A DNA stretch of 64,000 nt from an uncultured Gammaproteobacteria bacterium (GTDB lineage: Bacteria; Patescibacteriota; Microgenomatia; Levybacterales; GWA1-39-11), in assembly GCA_964472415.1 (NCBI GenBank), contig CAYYLC010000002.1, positions 164,783 to 228,782 on the forward strand. Reading direction: 5' to 3'. Below are positions 20,062 to 29,812 of this stretch, in pieces (position 1 is the stretch's first letter; each line of letters begins with the position of its first letter). The notes under the pieces are model-generated. The model saw nothing but the letters and a program-made list of their open reading frames with translations. It was not told the origin of the DNA and did no database searches. The translations under genes were made by a program, and so were the position numbers.

Positions 20062-20466
20062 CTAGAGTTTTTCGTCGAGTGCTTTATTGACCATCCTGTC
20101 AGCTTCTTTGTTATGCGCTCGAAGTACGTGCGTGTAAGTGACATCACTAAAAAAGCTTTCTAGAGCCTTTGCTTTTTTGACTAATTGTTTAATAGATTCA
20201 TTTTTTACTTTGTATTTTCCGGTAAGCTGTGAAGCAACAAGCAGAGAGTCGCAAAATAAGTTGAGAGATACATCTTCCCCTTTGTGTTTTTTCACCCATT
20301 CAAATGCAGCAATTACTGCCATGTATTCGGCATAGTTATTTGTTTGAATTCCAAGATATTCCCCCTTTTTAAAAATAATTTTTTCATTTTCATAAACAAC
20401 AAATCCGTATGCTGCTGGGCCAGGATTTCCGCGAGATCCACCGTCTGTATAAATTGTAAGTTTCAT
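20062..20466 (-). CDS. rnhA: Ribonuclease HI
   Basis: MKLTIYTDGGSRGNPGPAAYGFVV... with DEDD catalytic residues in an RNase H fold. 134 aa. Confidence 0.85.
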   Translation of the reverse strand: MKLTIYTDGGSRGNPGPAAYGFVVYENEKIIFKKGEYLGIQTNNYAEYMAVIAAFEWVKKHKGEDVSLNLFCDSLLVASQLTGKYKVKNESIKQLVKKAKALESFFSDVTYTHVLRAHNKEADRMVNKALDEKL

Positions 20467-20565
20467 TTTTGCTTGATTTTAAAGCTTCTTTCAAATAATT
20501 TTCAATCCTAAAAACTCTAAATGTGTAGTATTACTTTACAATTGATATGGGTGAGATGCAACTTT

Positions 20566-21216
20566 TTAGATAATAACAGAATCCTCTTTGAGTTTTTTTG
20601 GATTGAGTATGCGAATATGTTTTCCAGCGTTTTGAATGATGTTTTCCTTCTTAAGTTTTGCAATTTCTACACTGACAGTCTCGCGTGCAACTCCTAGGAG
20701 ATTTGCAATATCCTTGTGGGTAAGGGGAATTTTAATAATCAAAATCCCATTTTCCTCTTGTCCGAAGCGCTCAGAAAGAATCAATAAAATAGAGCAAACT
20801 TTTTGATATGCGTTTCCAAAAGCCATCTGTCCCATTCGCTCAAGTAAACCATCTACGCGTTTTGTAAGTCTATCGGTGCTGTAGAGAAGTACATCAGGAT
20901 TTTCATTAAGAAATGTCAAGAAATCTTCACGAGACCGTTTATAAATAATGCATGGAGTAATGCTTTGAAAAAAATACGGCTTCCTGCTTTTATTAAAAGT
21001 CCATGCAACTGGAAAGAAGTCTCCTTTTCGGGAAATGATAAAGGTAAATTCATCGCCATTTTCCGAGAAGAGATAGTTTCTCACATAGCCTTTATTAATA
21101 TAAAAAATACCATTTGGGATTTCATCACCACGAAGAATTGTTTCGCCTTTTTTATAAAGCAATGGATTTGCGGTTTTGAAAAAAGCTGCTAGTTTTTCTA
21201 CTGCGACGGCTCTCAA
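20566..21216 (-). CDS. Crp/Fnr family transcriptional regulator
   Basis: cNMP-binding beta-roll (GDEIPNGIFYINKGYV...) plus a C-terminal HTH (IANLLGVARETVSVEIAKLKKENII). Confidence 0.75.
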   Translation of the reverse strand: MRAVAVEKLAAFFKTANPLLYKKGETILRGDEIPNGIFYINKGYVRNYLFSENGDEFTFIISRKGDFFPVAWTFNKSRKPYFFQSITPCIIYKRSREDFLTFLNENPDVLLYSTDRLTKRVDGLLERMGQMAFGNAYQKVCSILLILSERFGQEENGILIIKIPLTHKDIANLLGVARETVSVEIAKLKKENIIQNAGKHIRILNPKKLKEDSVII

Positions 21217-21254
21217 TTTAGAGTATTATACCAGACTCAGAATGAAGGACGAAA

Positions 21255-22820
21255 TTATCCCAAGCCGTCTCGTTTCGAATGAAGAAAGAAAAACCATTGC
21301 TCAAAAAATGAAACAAGGCCTTTGTATGGCGTTTCAATAAGAAAATCCAGGATAAAGAGAAATATATTTATCTGGGAAATACTTTCCGTAAGATGCCTTC
21401 CGAGTCGTGCGATGGGCATAAAGAATAGATCAATAAACGGAGTAAAGAGATGCTGTCGTTCTTTGACTGTGTATGTTTGTGCAGTCTGATTAATTCGATA
21501 TGCAAGAAATGACACAATCGAGAGAAAGAAGATAAATATTCCCTGGCTTGCAATTGTAAAATTGAATCGCATAAGAAGTAGAACTATAAATCCAACGGAC
21601 AAGAAAAATCCTCCATATGAAAGAATTGAGAAGAAGGTGTGAAGCGTGCTTGTGCTATTTTCATCGTGTTCCTTTATAAGCAGTTTTTTTCCAATCTTTG
21701 GGTCTTTGTCAGTAATGAGAATTTGTATTCGTTTAAAAATTTCTGCAGTATTTTTTTGTCCAGGGATACGGATGAGGAGGCTAACAATTATCATTAAGAG
21801 GATCGGTCCAAAAATATTTATTAAGAGAGGGATCCAAAAAATTTGTCCGTGGATGATATTGTCATATGTTGCTTCAACAGAGAATGCAAATAAAACTTTT
21901 GAAAGTGCAATAAAAATAATACTTCGGATAATTGCCCTCCGGACTTTTGTTGCGACACTTTGGTATCGTGTAGAGCACGTTGTTTCTATGAATTTCTGGA
22001 ATTCCTCAGGATCTTTTTCTATAAGGGTGAGTGATTGAGGGTCTTGACGAAGAATATCTTCAAGGATGAGAAATGGGGGAATCTGCCGTTTGACATAATT
22101 GAGTATTTTAAATCGAAGCTTATGATTGAGCTGCCCTTTAATTGTTTTGATTCCTTCTTTGAAATTCTGAGTAATTGACTCAATATTTTCTTCAGAGAGT
22201 TCTCCAAAATATTGTTTGAATAGATTGTATTCTATAAGTGCATGATCGTTTTTAGAATAAGCCTTTTTAATTGCGATAAAGAGCTGTACGTTTCTATCTT
22301 CATCAGTACCATCTTCTATGACGATATTTTTTTTGAGAATATGGAAAATGAAGTTTTCTATGGTTTCGCGTTCTTGTGATGGGCTAAGAATATTCTCAAT
22401 ATCAGAGGAGAGGATGTTCGTGATAAAGGAGTTCGTATTTATGTTGTGGATTGTTTTCGGAACTTTTGATTTTAATTCTAAATAAAGCTTAATAGAGCGG
22501 GTTACATTTTCAATAGTTTTTGCGTCAGTCTGTTCTTCTTGAATATGTTGGGCCCAGAGGAGTTCTTTGACTAATTCTTCACCAACTTTGCTTTTATCTC
22601 CGAGCATTAATTTTCGCTTCAGAATCCGCTCGATACTCGCGCGCAAAATCATTTCTTCTTCACGGTATTCTATAGAATTTCTGAAACGTTCATACCAAGA
22701 AGCAAGTTCTGAGACAATTGGATTTATATTTGAGGGGCTGTGTTTAGCATCTTCTCCAACTTTTTTAAATGTTTGGATAAGAATTTTTGCGTACGAATTT
22801 AGTTCCATAATAGCATTCAA
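21255..22820 (-). CDS. Hypothetical protein: large cytoplasmic helical domain with C-terminal 4-5 TM helices
   Basis: 521-aa ORF with no recognised motif. It sits directly upstream of the Crp-family regulator on the same strand. Confidence 0.4.
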   Translation of the reverse strand: MNAIMELNSYAKILIQTFKKVGEDAKHSPSNINPIVSELASWYERFRNSIEYREEEMILRASIERILKRKLMLGDKSKVGEELVKELLWAQHIQEEQTDAKTIENVTRSIKLYLELKSKVPKTIHNINTNSFITNILSSDIENILSPSQERETIENFIFHILKKNIVIEDGTDEDRNVQLFIAIKKAYSKNDHALIEYNLFKQYFGELSEENIESITQNFKEGIKTIKGQLNHKLRFKILNYVKRQIPPFLILEDILRQDPQSLTLIEKDPEEFQKFIETTCSTRYQSVATKVRRAIIRSIIFIALSKVLFAFSVEATYDNIIHGQIFWIPLLINIFGPILLMIIVSLLIRIPGQKNTAEIFKRIQILITDKDPKIGKKLLIKEHDENSTSTLHTFFSILSYGGFFLSVGFIVLLLMRFNFTIASQGIFIFFLSIVSFLAYRINQTAQTYTVKERQHLFTPFIDLFFMPIARLGRHLTESISQINIFLFILDFLIETPYKGLVSFFEQWFFFLHSKRDGLG

Positions 22821-22856
22821 TTATATTGCCGCAATTTTTGTTCTGCAACCGACACT

Positions 22857-24959
22857 TTGCCTCGGAAAATATTGCGTGATACAATTCATCGTGTAATGGA
22901 TAAAGTATATGATCATAAAACAGTAGAAGAGGGGATTTATAAAAAATGGGAATCGGGTGGATATTTCAAGCCAGAAGTTAATCCTGATGGAGAACCATTT
23001 TCAATAATTCTTCCGCCACCAAATGCGAATGCCCCGCTTCATTTCGGTCACGCGATGTATGTAATAGAGGATATTCTCGTCCGTTTTCACCGAATGAAGG
23101 GATTTTCTGCATTGTGGCTTCCAGGAGCGGATCATGCAGGATTTGAAACACAATTTGTGTATGAGAAGCACTTGAGTTTGCAAGGGGAAAGTCGATTTGA
23201 TTATTCTCGAGAGGAGTTATTTCAAAACATTTGGGATTTTGTACAAAATAATCGAGGTGGTATGGAGAACCAATTACGAAAATTAGGATTCTCGCTCGAT
23301 TGGTCTCGGCTCAAATTCACTATGGATGAAGATATTGTGAAAGTAGTCTATAAAACGTTTAAAAAGCTTTTTGATGATGGACTTGTGTATCGTGATAAGA
23401 GACTAGTCAATTATTGCACATTTGACGGAACATCATTTTCTGATCTAGAGGTAGTGAGTGAAGAGGTTGCAGGGGAAATCTATGATATTTCTTATCCATT
23501 AAAAAACGGTGGAGAAATAGTGGTTTCTACAACAAGACCGGAAACCTTGTTTGGTGATATGGCGGTGATGGTAAATCCGGATGATGTGCGCTATCAAAAT
23601 CTTATTGGAGAAACAGCACTGATCCCACTAATTGATCGAGAAATTCCCATCATTGCAGATCCGTATGTGGAAAAAGATTTTGGGACTGGCGCGGTAAAGG
23701 TAACGCCGTTTCATGATTTTAATGACTGGGAAGTAGGAAAGAGACACAACTTGGGAGGAATTCAAATAATTGGATTTAATGGCAAGATGCAGAACACAAT
23801 GATTGTTGATGATTTATATGGAAAACAAGCGCGTCGAAAAACCCTAGAATTACTTAGAGAAAAAGGATTATTGCAAGAATCACGAACACATACGATGAAT
23901 AAAAGAAGCTGTTATAAGTGTAAAAATATTTTAGAGCCGCTTCCTCTGGAACAATGGTTTGTAAAAATGAAACCACTTGCAAAGCGAGCAATTGAGTCAG
24001 TTAAAAATGATGAAATAGAGATTCATCCGAAAAGCTTTGAGAAGATATATTTCCAATTTCTCGAAAATATCCGTGATTGGAATATTAGTCGCCAAGTGGT
24101 TTGGGGAATTCGAATCCCAGCATGGAAAAATACAAAAACACATGAATGGATAGTGACTGATGGAAAGAGGCCTACGGGAGAAGATTGGGAGCAGGATAGT
24201 GATACGTTTGATACATGGTTTTCGTCCTCTCAGTGGCCTTTTGCAACACTTGCGAGCGCACACGACAATGATTTTAAAAAGTTTTATCCGACAACTGTGA
24301 TGGAGACTGGATATGACATTCTGAGGTGGTGGGTTGCTCGTATGGTTATGATGGGGTTGTATGCTACGGATAAAGTACCATTTCAGCATATTGTATTGCA
24401 CGGATTAGTAAATGATCCACTGGGCAAAAAAATGAGTAAGAGTAAAGGAAATGTGATAAATCCATTAGAGCTCGCAGATCAGTATGGAGCAGATGCCGTA
24501 CGATTTGCATTAGTATATGGAACCGCATTAGGGAATGATCAGGCACTTTCTTATCCAAAACTCGAGGCTGCTAGACGATTTACGAATAAGCTCTGGAATA
24601 TGGGGCGATTTATCTTAGATTTTAAACCGGAAGATGCACAATCTGAGATAGGTAGTCATCATGAGGATGCGGCAATAATCGAAAAACTCCATGCGCTTGT
24701 TTTTGATATCAATAGAGCATATAAGAACTATCGTTTTAATGATATTTCAGAGAAGCTGTATGAATTTACCTGGCATGAATTTGCAGATAAGTATATAGAG
24801 AGCACGAAGGGCAGACGAGTAGAGGCGCAGCCATGTTTAGAATATGTATATAAAACTATTCTGAAGCTCTTGCATCCAATTATGCCATTTGTGACAGAAG
24901 AGATTTATGGGAAATTTGAGAATGAGCCGCTCATTATTGCATCGTGGCCTTCAGAGTAG
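22857..24959 (+). CDS. valS: Valyl-tRNA synthetase (compact form, no C-terminal coiled-coil)
   Basis: HIGH-type motif PLHFGHA. KMSKS motif. ValRS-type WNISRQVVWGIRIPAW. 700 aa. The true start may be the MDKVYDHK... Met at 22896. Confidence 0.85.
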   Translation: MPRKILRDTIHRVMDKVYDHKTVEEGIYKKWESGGYFKPEVNPDGEPFSIILPPPNANAPLHFGHAMYVIEDILVRFHRMKGFSALWLPGADHAGFETQFVYEKHLSLQGESRFDYSREELFQNIWDFVQNNRGGMENQLRKLGFSLDWSRLKFTMDEDIVKVVYKTFKKLFDDGLVYRDKRLVNYCTFDGTSFSDLEVVSEEVAGEIYDISYPLKNGGEIVVSTTRPETLFGDMAVMVNPDDVRYQNLIGETALIPLIDREIPIIADPYVEKDFGTGAVKVTPFHDFNDWEVGKRHNLGGIQIIGFNGKMQNTMIVDDLYGKQARRKTLELLREKGLLQESRTHTMNKRSCYKCKNILEPLPLEQWFVKMKPLAKRAIESVKNDEIEIHPKSFEKIYFQFLENIRDWNISRQVVWGIRIPAWKNTKTHEWIVTDGKRPTGEDWEQDSDTFDTWFSSSQWPFATLASAHDNDFKKFYPTTVMETGYDILRWWVARMVMMGLYATDKVPFQHIVLHGLVNDPLGKKMSKSKGNVINPLELADQYGADAVRFALVYGTALGNDQALSYPKLEAARRFTNKLWNMGRFILDFKPEDAQSEIGSHHEDAAIIEKLHALVFDINRAYKNYRFNDISEKLYEFTWHEFADKYIESTKGRRVEAQPCLEYVYKTILKLLHPIMPFVTEEIYGKFENEPLIIASWPSE

Positions 24960-25010
24960 TTCCCATAAAAGATTGGCGCTTCTCGAGTAAATTATCGTAC
25001 AATACGGAAT

Positions 25011-25400
25011 ATGGACAGATTGAAAAATTATTACCGCAGAATTACGACATTATTACCGAGAGACTGGTTTAATCGAGAAGTTAGTAAAAGCTTATTGCTC
25101 CTCTTCAGCACTTTATTGCTTGGATCACTTCTTCTTATGCTAGGAGGAGTTTATATGATGCAGAGCCTCCTTTCTCAAGCATATCAATCACAGCAGAGTA
25201 TTCACGACCGGTATTATTTTTGGGTAGAAAAGATGGAGGAATATCCCACCTCTCCGGATGTTTTTTATAATGCTGCAATTGCTGCCCGATCTGCAGGGCG
25301 CGAACAATCAGCGCTCGAGTTTTTACAGGAAGCGATTCTTTTAGATCCACAATTCAGCGAAGCTGTAGATTTACAGAGTGAGATTATTGGAAAGAAATAA
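25011..25400 (+). CDS. Small membrane-anchored TPR-like protein (hypothetical)
   Basis: 129 aa with an N-terminal TM helix and a helical repeat region (YYNAAIAARSAGREQSALEFLQEAILLDP). Confidence 0.35.
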   Translation: MDRLKNYYRRITTLLPRDWFNREVSKSLLLLFSTLLLGSLLLMLGGVYMMQSLLSQAYQSQQSIHDRYYFWVEKMEEYPTSPDVFYNAAIAARSAGREQSALEFLQEAILLDPQFSEAVDLQSEIIGKK

Positions 25401-25403
25401 CGA

Positions 25404-26108
25404 CTATTCCTGAGGTTTCTCTGACTCTTCAGTGGGAGATTCTTTTGATTTTTCTTCAGCACTTTCTTCAGAAGCAGCTTCCGCTTCAGCGCTAACTTCA
25501 GCCTCCAAATCTTCAGCTTCTTGAGATACAAGTTCCGAGATTCGAAACACCGTGCTGTCTGGTGACGTAGTAATCTCAACTCCATCTGGTGTTTTCAAAT
25601 CTGATACTAGAATAGTATCGTCAATTTTTGCGAGGCTTTCTACATTTACTTCAATATTTTCTGGTAAATCTGCAGGAAGTGCCTCAATCTCAACCTCCAT
25701 AAGTGATTGCATGAGAGCGCCTATTTTCTCTTTCTCAGCCTTCGCTTCACCGGTTGCTATTACCGGAATAGTGGATTTTACTTTTTCCTTTAGGTTGACT
25801 TTATAAAAGTCTACATGAATAGGAGAGAGGTTGAGAGGGTTTCGTTGTACATTATGAATAAGTACTGGGTGCGTATCAGATCCAACCTTTAAATCTACGA
25901 GGCCGGTTTCGCGTACTTTCGTATATATCGCTTCAAATTCGCTTATTGGAAGTTGTAAGCTCAGGGATTCAAAGCTTTTGCCATAGATATTTGCTGGTAC
26001 GATTCCTTCTTTTCGAAGCCTTCTTACTTTTTTGCCAGTTACTATTCTTTTTTCTGCTTTTAGTGGTTCGTGTTTCATCTGATTGTATTCTACTAGAAAA
26101 TCCTCCAA
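25404..26108 (-). CDS. rplY: 50S ribosomal protein L25 / general stress protein Ctc
   Basis: MKHEPLKAEKRIVTGKKVRRLRKEGIVPANIYGK... followed by an acidic C-terminal tail (Ctc form). The likely true start is the second Met at 26075. Confidence 0.8.
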   Translation of the reverse strand: MEDFLVEYNQMKHEPLKAEKRIVTGKKVRRLRKEGIVPANIYGKSFESLSLQLPISEFEAIYTKVRETGLVDLKVGSDTHPVLIHNVQRNPLNLSPIHVDFYKVNLKEKVKSTIPVIATGEAKAEKEKIGALMQSLMEVEIEALPADLPENIEVNVESLAKIDDTILVSDLKTPDGVEITTSPDSTVFRISELVSQEAEDLEAEVSAEAEAASEESAEEKSKESPTEESEKPQE

Positions 26109-26261
26109 AACACAATTTCCTTTGGTTTGACAGATTCAAAATTAGGCTCTATAATTAACAGTTACCTCATAGTTTGAGAGGTTACGCGGGGTAGTGTACG
26201 GCTGCACAGGAGGCTCATAATCTCCTAGATAAGGTTCAACTCCTTACTCCGCAACATATAT

Positions 26262-26612
26262 TTAAAGAAATAGCTCTATCCACTGTTTCCAGTTTGGGGT
26301 ACTTAGCTTCTCCTCTAAGGTTTTACGAACTGGGTTTTCTATTTCTTTTTGAACAATAATCTCATTACTTTGTACAAGTCCGAGTCTGTTTCGGGATTCT
26401 TGCTCGATGAATGTATCTGTTTGTACAAATTTTAGTTGTTCTGTAAGGAAGCTGTTGCGATTTTTTTCATATTCAAGTTCTTTCTCTAGACGCTCGACAT
26501 AAGACCCATTATTTTTAATTTTAATAAGCTCTTGAGTGGTGTTTTTGAGAATTATTCCCAAGAAAATAATGAGAATAGCTCCAAAGAGAATTTTGTAGTT
26601 GACAAACTTCAT
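26262..26612 (-). CDS. Septum formation initiator (FtsB/DivIC-like)
   Basis: 116 aa with an N-terminal TM helix and a coiled-coil region (LEKELEYEKNRNSFLTEQLKFV...RNRLGLVQSNEII). Confidence 0.55.
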   Translation of the reverse strand: MKFVNYKILFGAILIIFLGIILKNTTQELIKIKNNGSYVERLEKELEYEKNRNSFLTEQLKFVQTDTFIEQESRNRLGLVQSNEIIVQKEIENPVRKTLEEKLSTPNWKQWIELFL

Positions 26613-26642
26613 GGTTACTGATATTATAGGCTCAAATTTACT

Positions 26643-27509
26643 ATGTCAGAGCCAACGAAACTTCGAGACGCCCATTCTAAATTTCAAGAATTTCTGAAAG
26701 GCAAAAATAGAGCGTCTGCAACCATTTTAGCATACGGGAAAGACCTAGATCAGCTAGTGTCTTTTCTTGAAAAATTGGAGAAAGAGCACGTTCATGAAGT
26801 GCAGCACTCCGATATACAAGCTTTTCTTGCAAAACTTCAGGATGAAGGATATACTCCTAAGTCTCTTTCAAGAAAGCTTAATTCCACACGCACCTTTTAT
26901 CGGTATTTGAAGTTAAATGACTTTGTGACCGATGATCCATCGTTGCTTGTTGATCATCCAAAATATGAGCTAAATCCACCACGAGTTCTCTCTCCTTTGG
27001 AATATAGGGCACTTCGAGATGCGGCATCAGTTGATCCACGAATTTATGCGATTATTGAAATTTTGCTCCAAACGGGGATCCGAATTGGAGAGCTTGCAAA
27101 TCTTCGGGTTGCAGATATTAATGATTCGACGCTTACAATTCGTGCCTATGAAGGCCATCCGCAACGTGAAGTACCACTTAATAGACGTGCAAAAGAAGCA
27201 TTAAAGCGATACATGGAGACACGTACGAAAACTGAGTCTGATTATATATTTGTCACTAAAACAGGCAGACCATTTTTAGTTCGAAATATCCGCGATGCAG
27301 TTGAGCGATATTTTAAAAAAGCTGGGATTGAAAAAGTAAAGATAAATGATCTAAGGCATACATTTGTAGCACATCACCTCAAGCAGGGAGTATCTCTCGT
27401 ATTTCTTTCAAAAGTGCTTGGGCACAAGCGACTTTCATCAACTGAACGATATTTACAGTATATAAAGGATGTAAAAAACGGTGACAGTACGGTTCTTCAA
27501 GAGCTGTAA
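26643..27509 (+). CDS. Tyrosine-type site-specific recombinase (XerC/XerD family)
   Basis: Catalytic-region motifs R...HxxR...Y, read from DLRHTFVAHHL...LGHKRLSSTERY. 288 aa. Confidence 0.8.
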   Translation: MSEPTKLRDAHSKFQEFLKGKNRASATILAYGKDLDQLVSFLEKLEKEHVHEVQHSDIQAFLAKLQDEGYTPKSLSRKLNSTRTFYRYLKLNDFVTDDPSLLVDHPKYELNPPRVLSPLEYRALRDAASVDPRIYAIIEILLQTGIRIGELANLRVADINDSTLTIRAYEGHPQREVPLNRRAKEALKRYMETRTKTESDYIFVTKTGRPFLVRNIRDAVERYFKKAGIEKVKINDLRHTFVAHHLKQGVSLVFLSKVLGHKRLSSTERYLQYIKDVKNGDSTVLQEL

Positions 27510-27547
27510 ATATTGGCTTTTTATCACTCGCTTGCTATAGTAGAACT

Positions 27548-28066
27548 ATGGAGCGAACAGAAAAATCTTCAGAGTACTCGGATATAAAAACGCTTCTTTC
27601 GTGGAGTGCGCCAGGACGACCATTTAAGCAGAAAGGGAAAGAGTATTATTTGAATGGACTCCTAATTGCATTCTTATTAGAGGTTATTTTATTTTTGTTC
27701 CAACAGTATTTATTTATGTTTGTTGTAGGGGCACTTTACTTTCTCTCGATAGCTTTGGCAACAGTTCCGCCGCGAAATTTCCATTATAGAATTAGTAATC
27801 AGGGAATAAAAGTCGAAGACCATTTCTTTATCTGGGAGGAACTATACGATTTCTATTTTAAAAAAATGAATGGAGTAGAGGTTTTGATTGTTCGCACGAA
27901 GGCGCTTTTGCCAGGAGAGGTTCAGATTCCGCTAGGAGAGCTGTATCCTCACCATGTGCGGAGAGCATTGATTTCTTATTTGCCGTACCGTGAGATTGTA
28001 CGATCAACATTTATGGAGAGGTCTGCAGATTGGCTTTCACGAAATTTTCCTCTCGAAAAAAGATAA
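27548..28066 (+). CDS. Hypothetical membrane protein (2 TM helices plus a PH-like C-terminal domain)
   Basis: 172-aa ORF with no recognised motif. Confidence 0.3.
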   Translation: MERTEKSSEYSDIKTLLSWSAPGRPFKQKGKEYYLNGLLIAFLLEVILFLFQQYLFMFVVGALYFLSIALATVPPRNFHYRISNQGIKVEDHFFIWEELYDFYFKKMNGVEVLIVRTKALLPGEVQIPLGELYPHHVRRALISYLPYREIVRSTFMERSADWLSRNFPLEKR

Positions 28067-28070
28067 TAAG

Positions 28071-28156
28071 CGGAGAGTACAGGATTTGAACCTGTGAAGG
28101 AGTAAAACCCCTCGAGTTTTCGAAACTCGTGCAATTGACCACTATGCGAACTCTCC
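28071..28156 (-). tRNA. tRNA-Ser (anticodon CGA)
   Basis: Manual cloverleaf: acceptor GGAGAGT/ACTCTCC; 3-bp D stem; anticodon stem CGAGT/ACTCG with loop TTCGAAA; long variable arm; T stem ACAGG/CCTGT with TTCAAAT loop. 86 nt, no encoded CCA. Confidence 0.8.
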
Positions 28157-28295
28157 CGACAAAAAGTTATCTTCTCAAAGTTTTCTCTCTTGATAGTAAT
28201 CCCGTTTAGCGGAATTACATAGGGAAGTGCAGACCGCAATTTGAGCATTTTAATTGATTAAAATGTGAGAGCACCAGGCCATGGCAATTCCGTTG

Positions 28296-28368
28296 CGTCC
28301 CCGAGTGGGGTCGAACCACCAACCTTTGGATCCGCAATCCAATGCTCTATCCATTAAGCTACGGGGAC
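28296..28368 (-). tRNA. tRNA-Arg (anticodon reads GCG)
   Basis: Manual cloverleaf of 73 nt: acceptor GTCCCCG/CGGGGAC; D stem GCTT/GAGC; anticodon stem TTGGA/TCCAA with loop TTGCGGA; T loop TTCGACC. The antisense ORF 28281-28553 is spurious. Confidence 0.7.
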
Positions 28369-28414
28369 ACTATGCGTATTTTAGTGCATCGGAAGGTCTG
28401 AATCAAACAAAATC

Positions 28415-29629
28415 GTGTATAATAGTTTTATGGCAGATATCTACAAAGAGTCAGTTGCACTTCACAAAAAAAAGCGCGGAAAGCTTGAAATTAAATCAAA
28501 AATTGTCATTAAGAATAGAGACGATTTATCACTCGTTTACACTCCTGGTGTAGCTGAAGTCTCAAGAGAAATAGCGCAAGACAATGCGAGGGCGTATGAT
28601 TTGACTATAAAAAACAATTCTGTTGCAATTATTTCTGATGGATCATCAGTATTGGGTCTTGGAAATATTGGGCCATATGCTGCAATTCCAGTCATGGAGG
28701 GAAAGGCTATTTTATTTAAAGAATATGCCGATATTGACGCGTTTCCTCTGACTGTTCAGACACAAAATTCTTTTGAAATTATCAATTTAGTAAAAAATAT
28801 AGCACCTATATTTGGTGGAGTGAATTTAGAAGATATTGCAGCACCACGATGTTTTGAGATAGAGAATGCATTGCAAGAAATAGGGATTCCGGTATTTCAT
28901 GATGATCAGCACGGAACTGCAATTGTGCTTTTGGCTGCACTTATCAATGCGACAAAGCTTGCAGGGAAAAAGCTCACCGATCTAAAAGTCGTGATAAATG
29001 GAGCAGGGGCTGCGGGAACTGCGATCGCGAATTTATTGCTTTGTGTGGGCTATGATCCTAGGATCTGCGAACCCGTAAAAGAAATTATTGTTTGTGATTC
29101 TGAGGGAATAATTCATAAAGCGCGACCTGATATTCAGAATAATCCGCACAAAATGCGACTTGCAAGCATTACGAACAGACAGAATCGTGAAGGAAAATTG
29201 TCAGATGCAGTACGGGATGCAGACGTATTTATAGGAGTAAGTAGGGGGAATTCTTTTAAACCGTCTCAGCTTAAGAAAATGCAAGAAAGGCCAATAATTC
29301 TTGCAATGGCAAACCCAACCCCTGAGATTATGCCAGACATTGCATATGATGCAGGTGCATTTATTGTGGGAACGGGACGATCCGATTTCCCAAATCAGGT
29401 AAATAATGTTTTGGCGTTTCCGGGAGTATTTCGTGGTGCTTTGGATGCACGGGCAAAGGTTATTTCAAATCACATGAAGATTATGGCAGCTTTCGCGCTT
29501 GCAAAGGTTGTTAAAAATCCTACCAGGGATAATATCTTACCTTCCGTGCTTGATAAATCAGTGGTTCCAGCAGTTGCAACAGCTGTAAAAAGAGCATATC
29601 AAGATGACTTAAAGCTTGGGATGGTATAG
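28415..29629 (+). CDS. NAD(P)-dependent malic enzyme
   Basis: Malic enzyme N-terminal and NAD-binding signatures (VYTPGVAEVSREIA..., GLGNIGPYAAIPVMEGKAILFK, VINGAGAAGTAIA). 404 aa. Confidence 0.85.
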   Translation: MYNSFMADIYKESVALHKKKRGKLEIKSKIVIKNRDDLSLVYTPGVAEVSREIAQDNARAYDLTIKNNSVAIISDGSSVLGLGNIGPYAAIPVMEGKAILFKEYADIDAFPLTVQTQNSFEIINLVKNIAPIFGGVNLEDIAAPRCFEIENALQEIGIPVFHDDQHGTAIVLLAALINATKLAGKKLTDLKVVINGAGAAGTAIANLLLCVGYDPRICEPVKEIIVCDSEGIIHKARPDIQNNPHKMRLASITNRQNREGKLSDAVRDADVFIGVSRGNSFKPSQLKKMQERPIILAMANPTPEIMPDIAYDAGAFIVGTGRSDFPNQVNNVLAFPGVFRGALDARAKVISNHMKIMAAFALAKVVKNPTRDNILPSVLDKSVVPAVATAVKRAYQDDLKLGMV

Positions 29630-29700
29630 CCCTCATAGTTTAATGGATAGAATAGGGGATTCCGGATCCTCTGATGTGGGTTCGATTCCCCCTGAGGGCG
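29629..29700 (+). tRNA. tRNA-Arg (anticodon CCG)
   Basis: Manual cloverleaf of 72 nt: acceptor GCCCTCA/TGAGGGC; anticodon stem GGGGA/TCCTC with loop TTCCGGA; T loop TTCGATT (one U-C mismatch in the T stem). It starts at the last base of the malic-enzyme stop codon. Confidence 0.7.
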
Positions 29701-29812
29701 CAGCGGAATTACAAAACTTTTTTGGATTTCCATTGATTACATATCGGTTTTCATGAAATAGTTTCTAATTCCTATCTTAAAAATTTGTTTTAACGTTTGT
29801 TAAATAAATATT

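Noticed and set aside
26109-26261. Possible small RNA between rplY and the ftsB-like gene
   Set aside because: There is only a short AGGAG/CTCCT hairpin with no U-tract and no conserved ncRNA motif. The region is most simply the rplY promoter plus a weak ftsB-like terminator.
26643-28070. att-site direct repeat proving a tRNA-integrated island
   Set aside because: No duplicate of the tRNA-Ser(CGA) 3' segment was found upstream of the recombinase. The island idea is kept only as a low-confidence finding.
28281-28553. 90-aa plus-strand ORF in the ORF track
   Set aside because: It lies antisense across tRNA-Arg (28296-28368) and its 3' part overlaps the malic enzyme gene start in the same orientation, in another frame. 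It is spurious.
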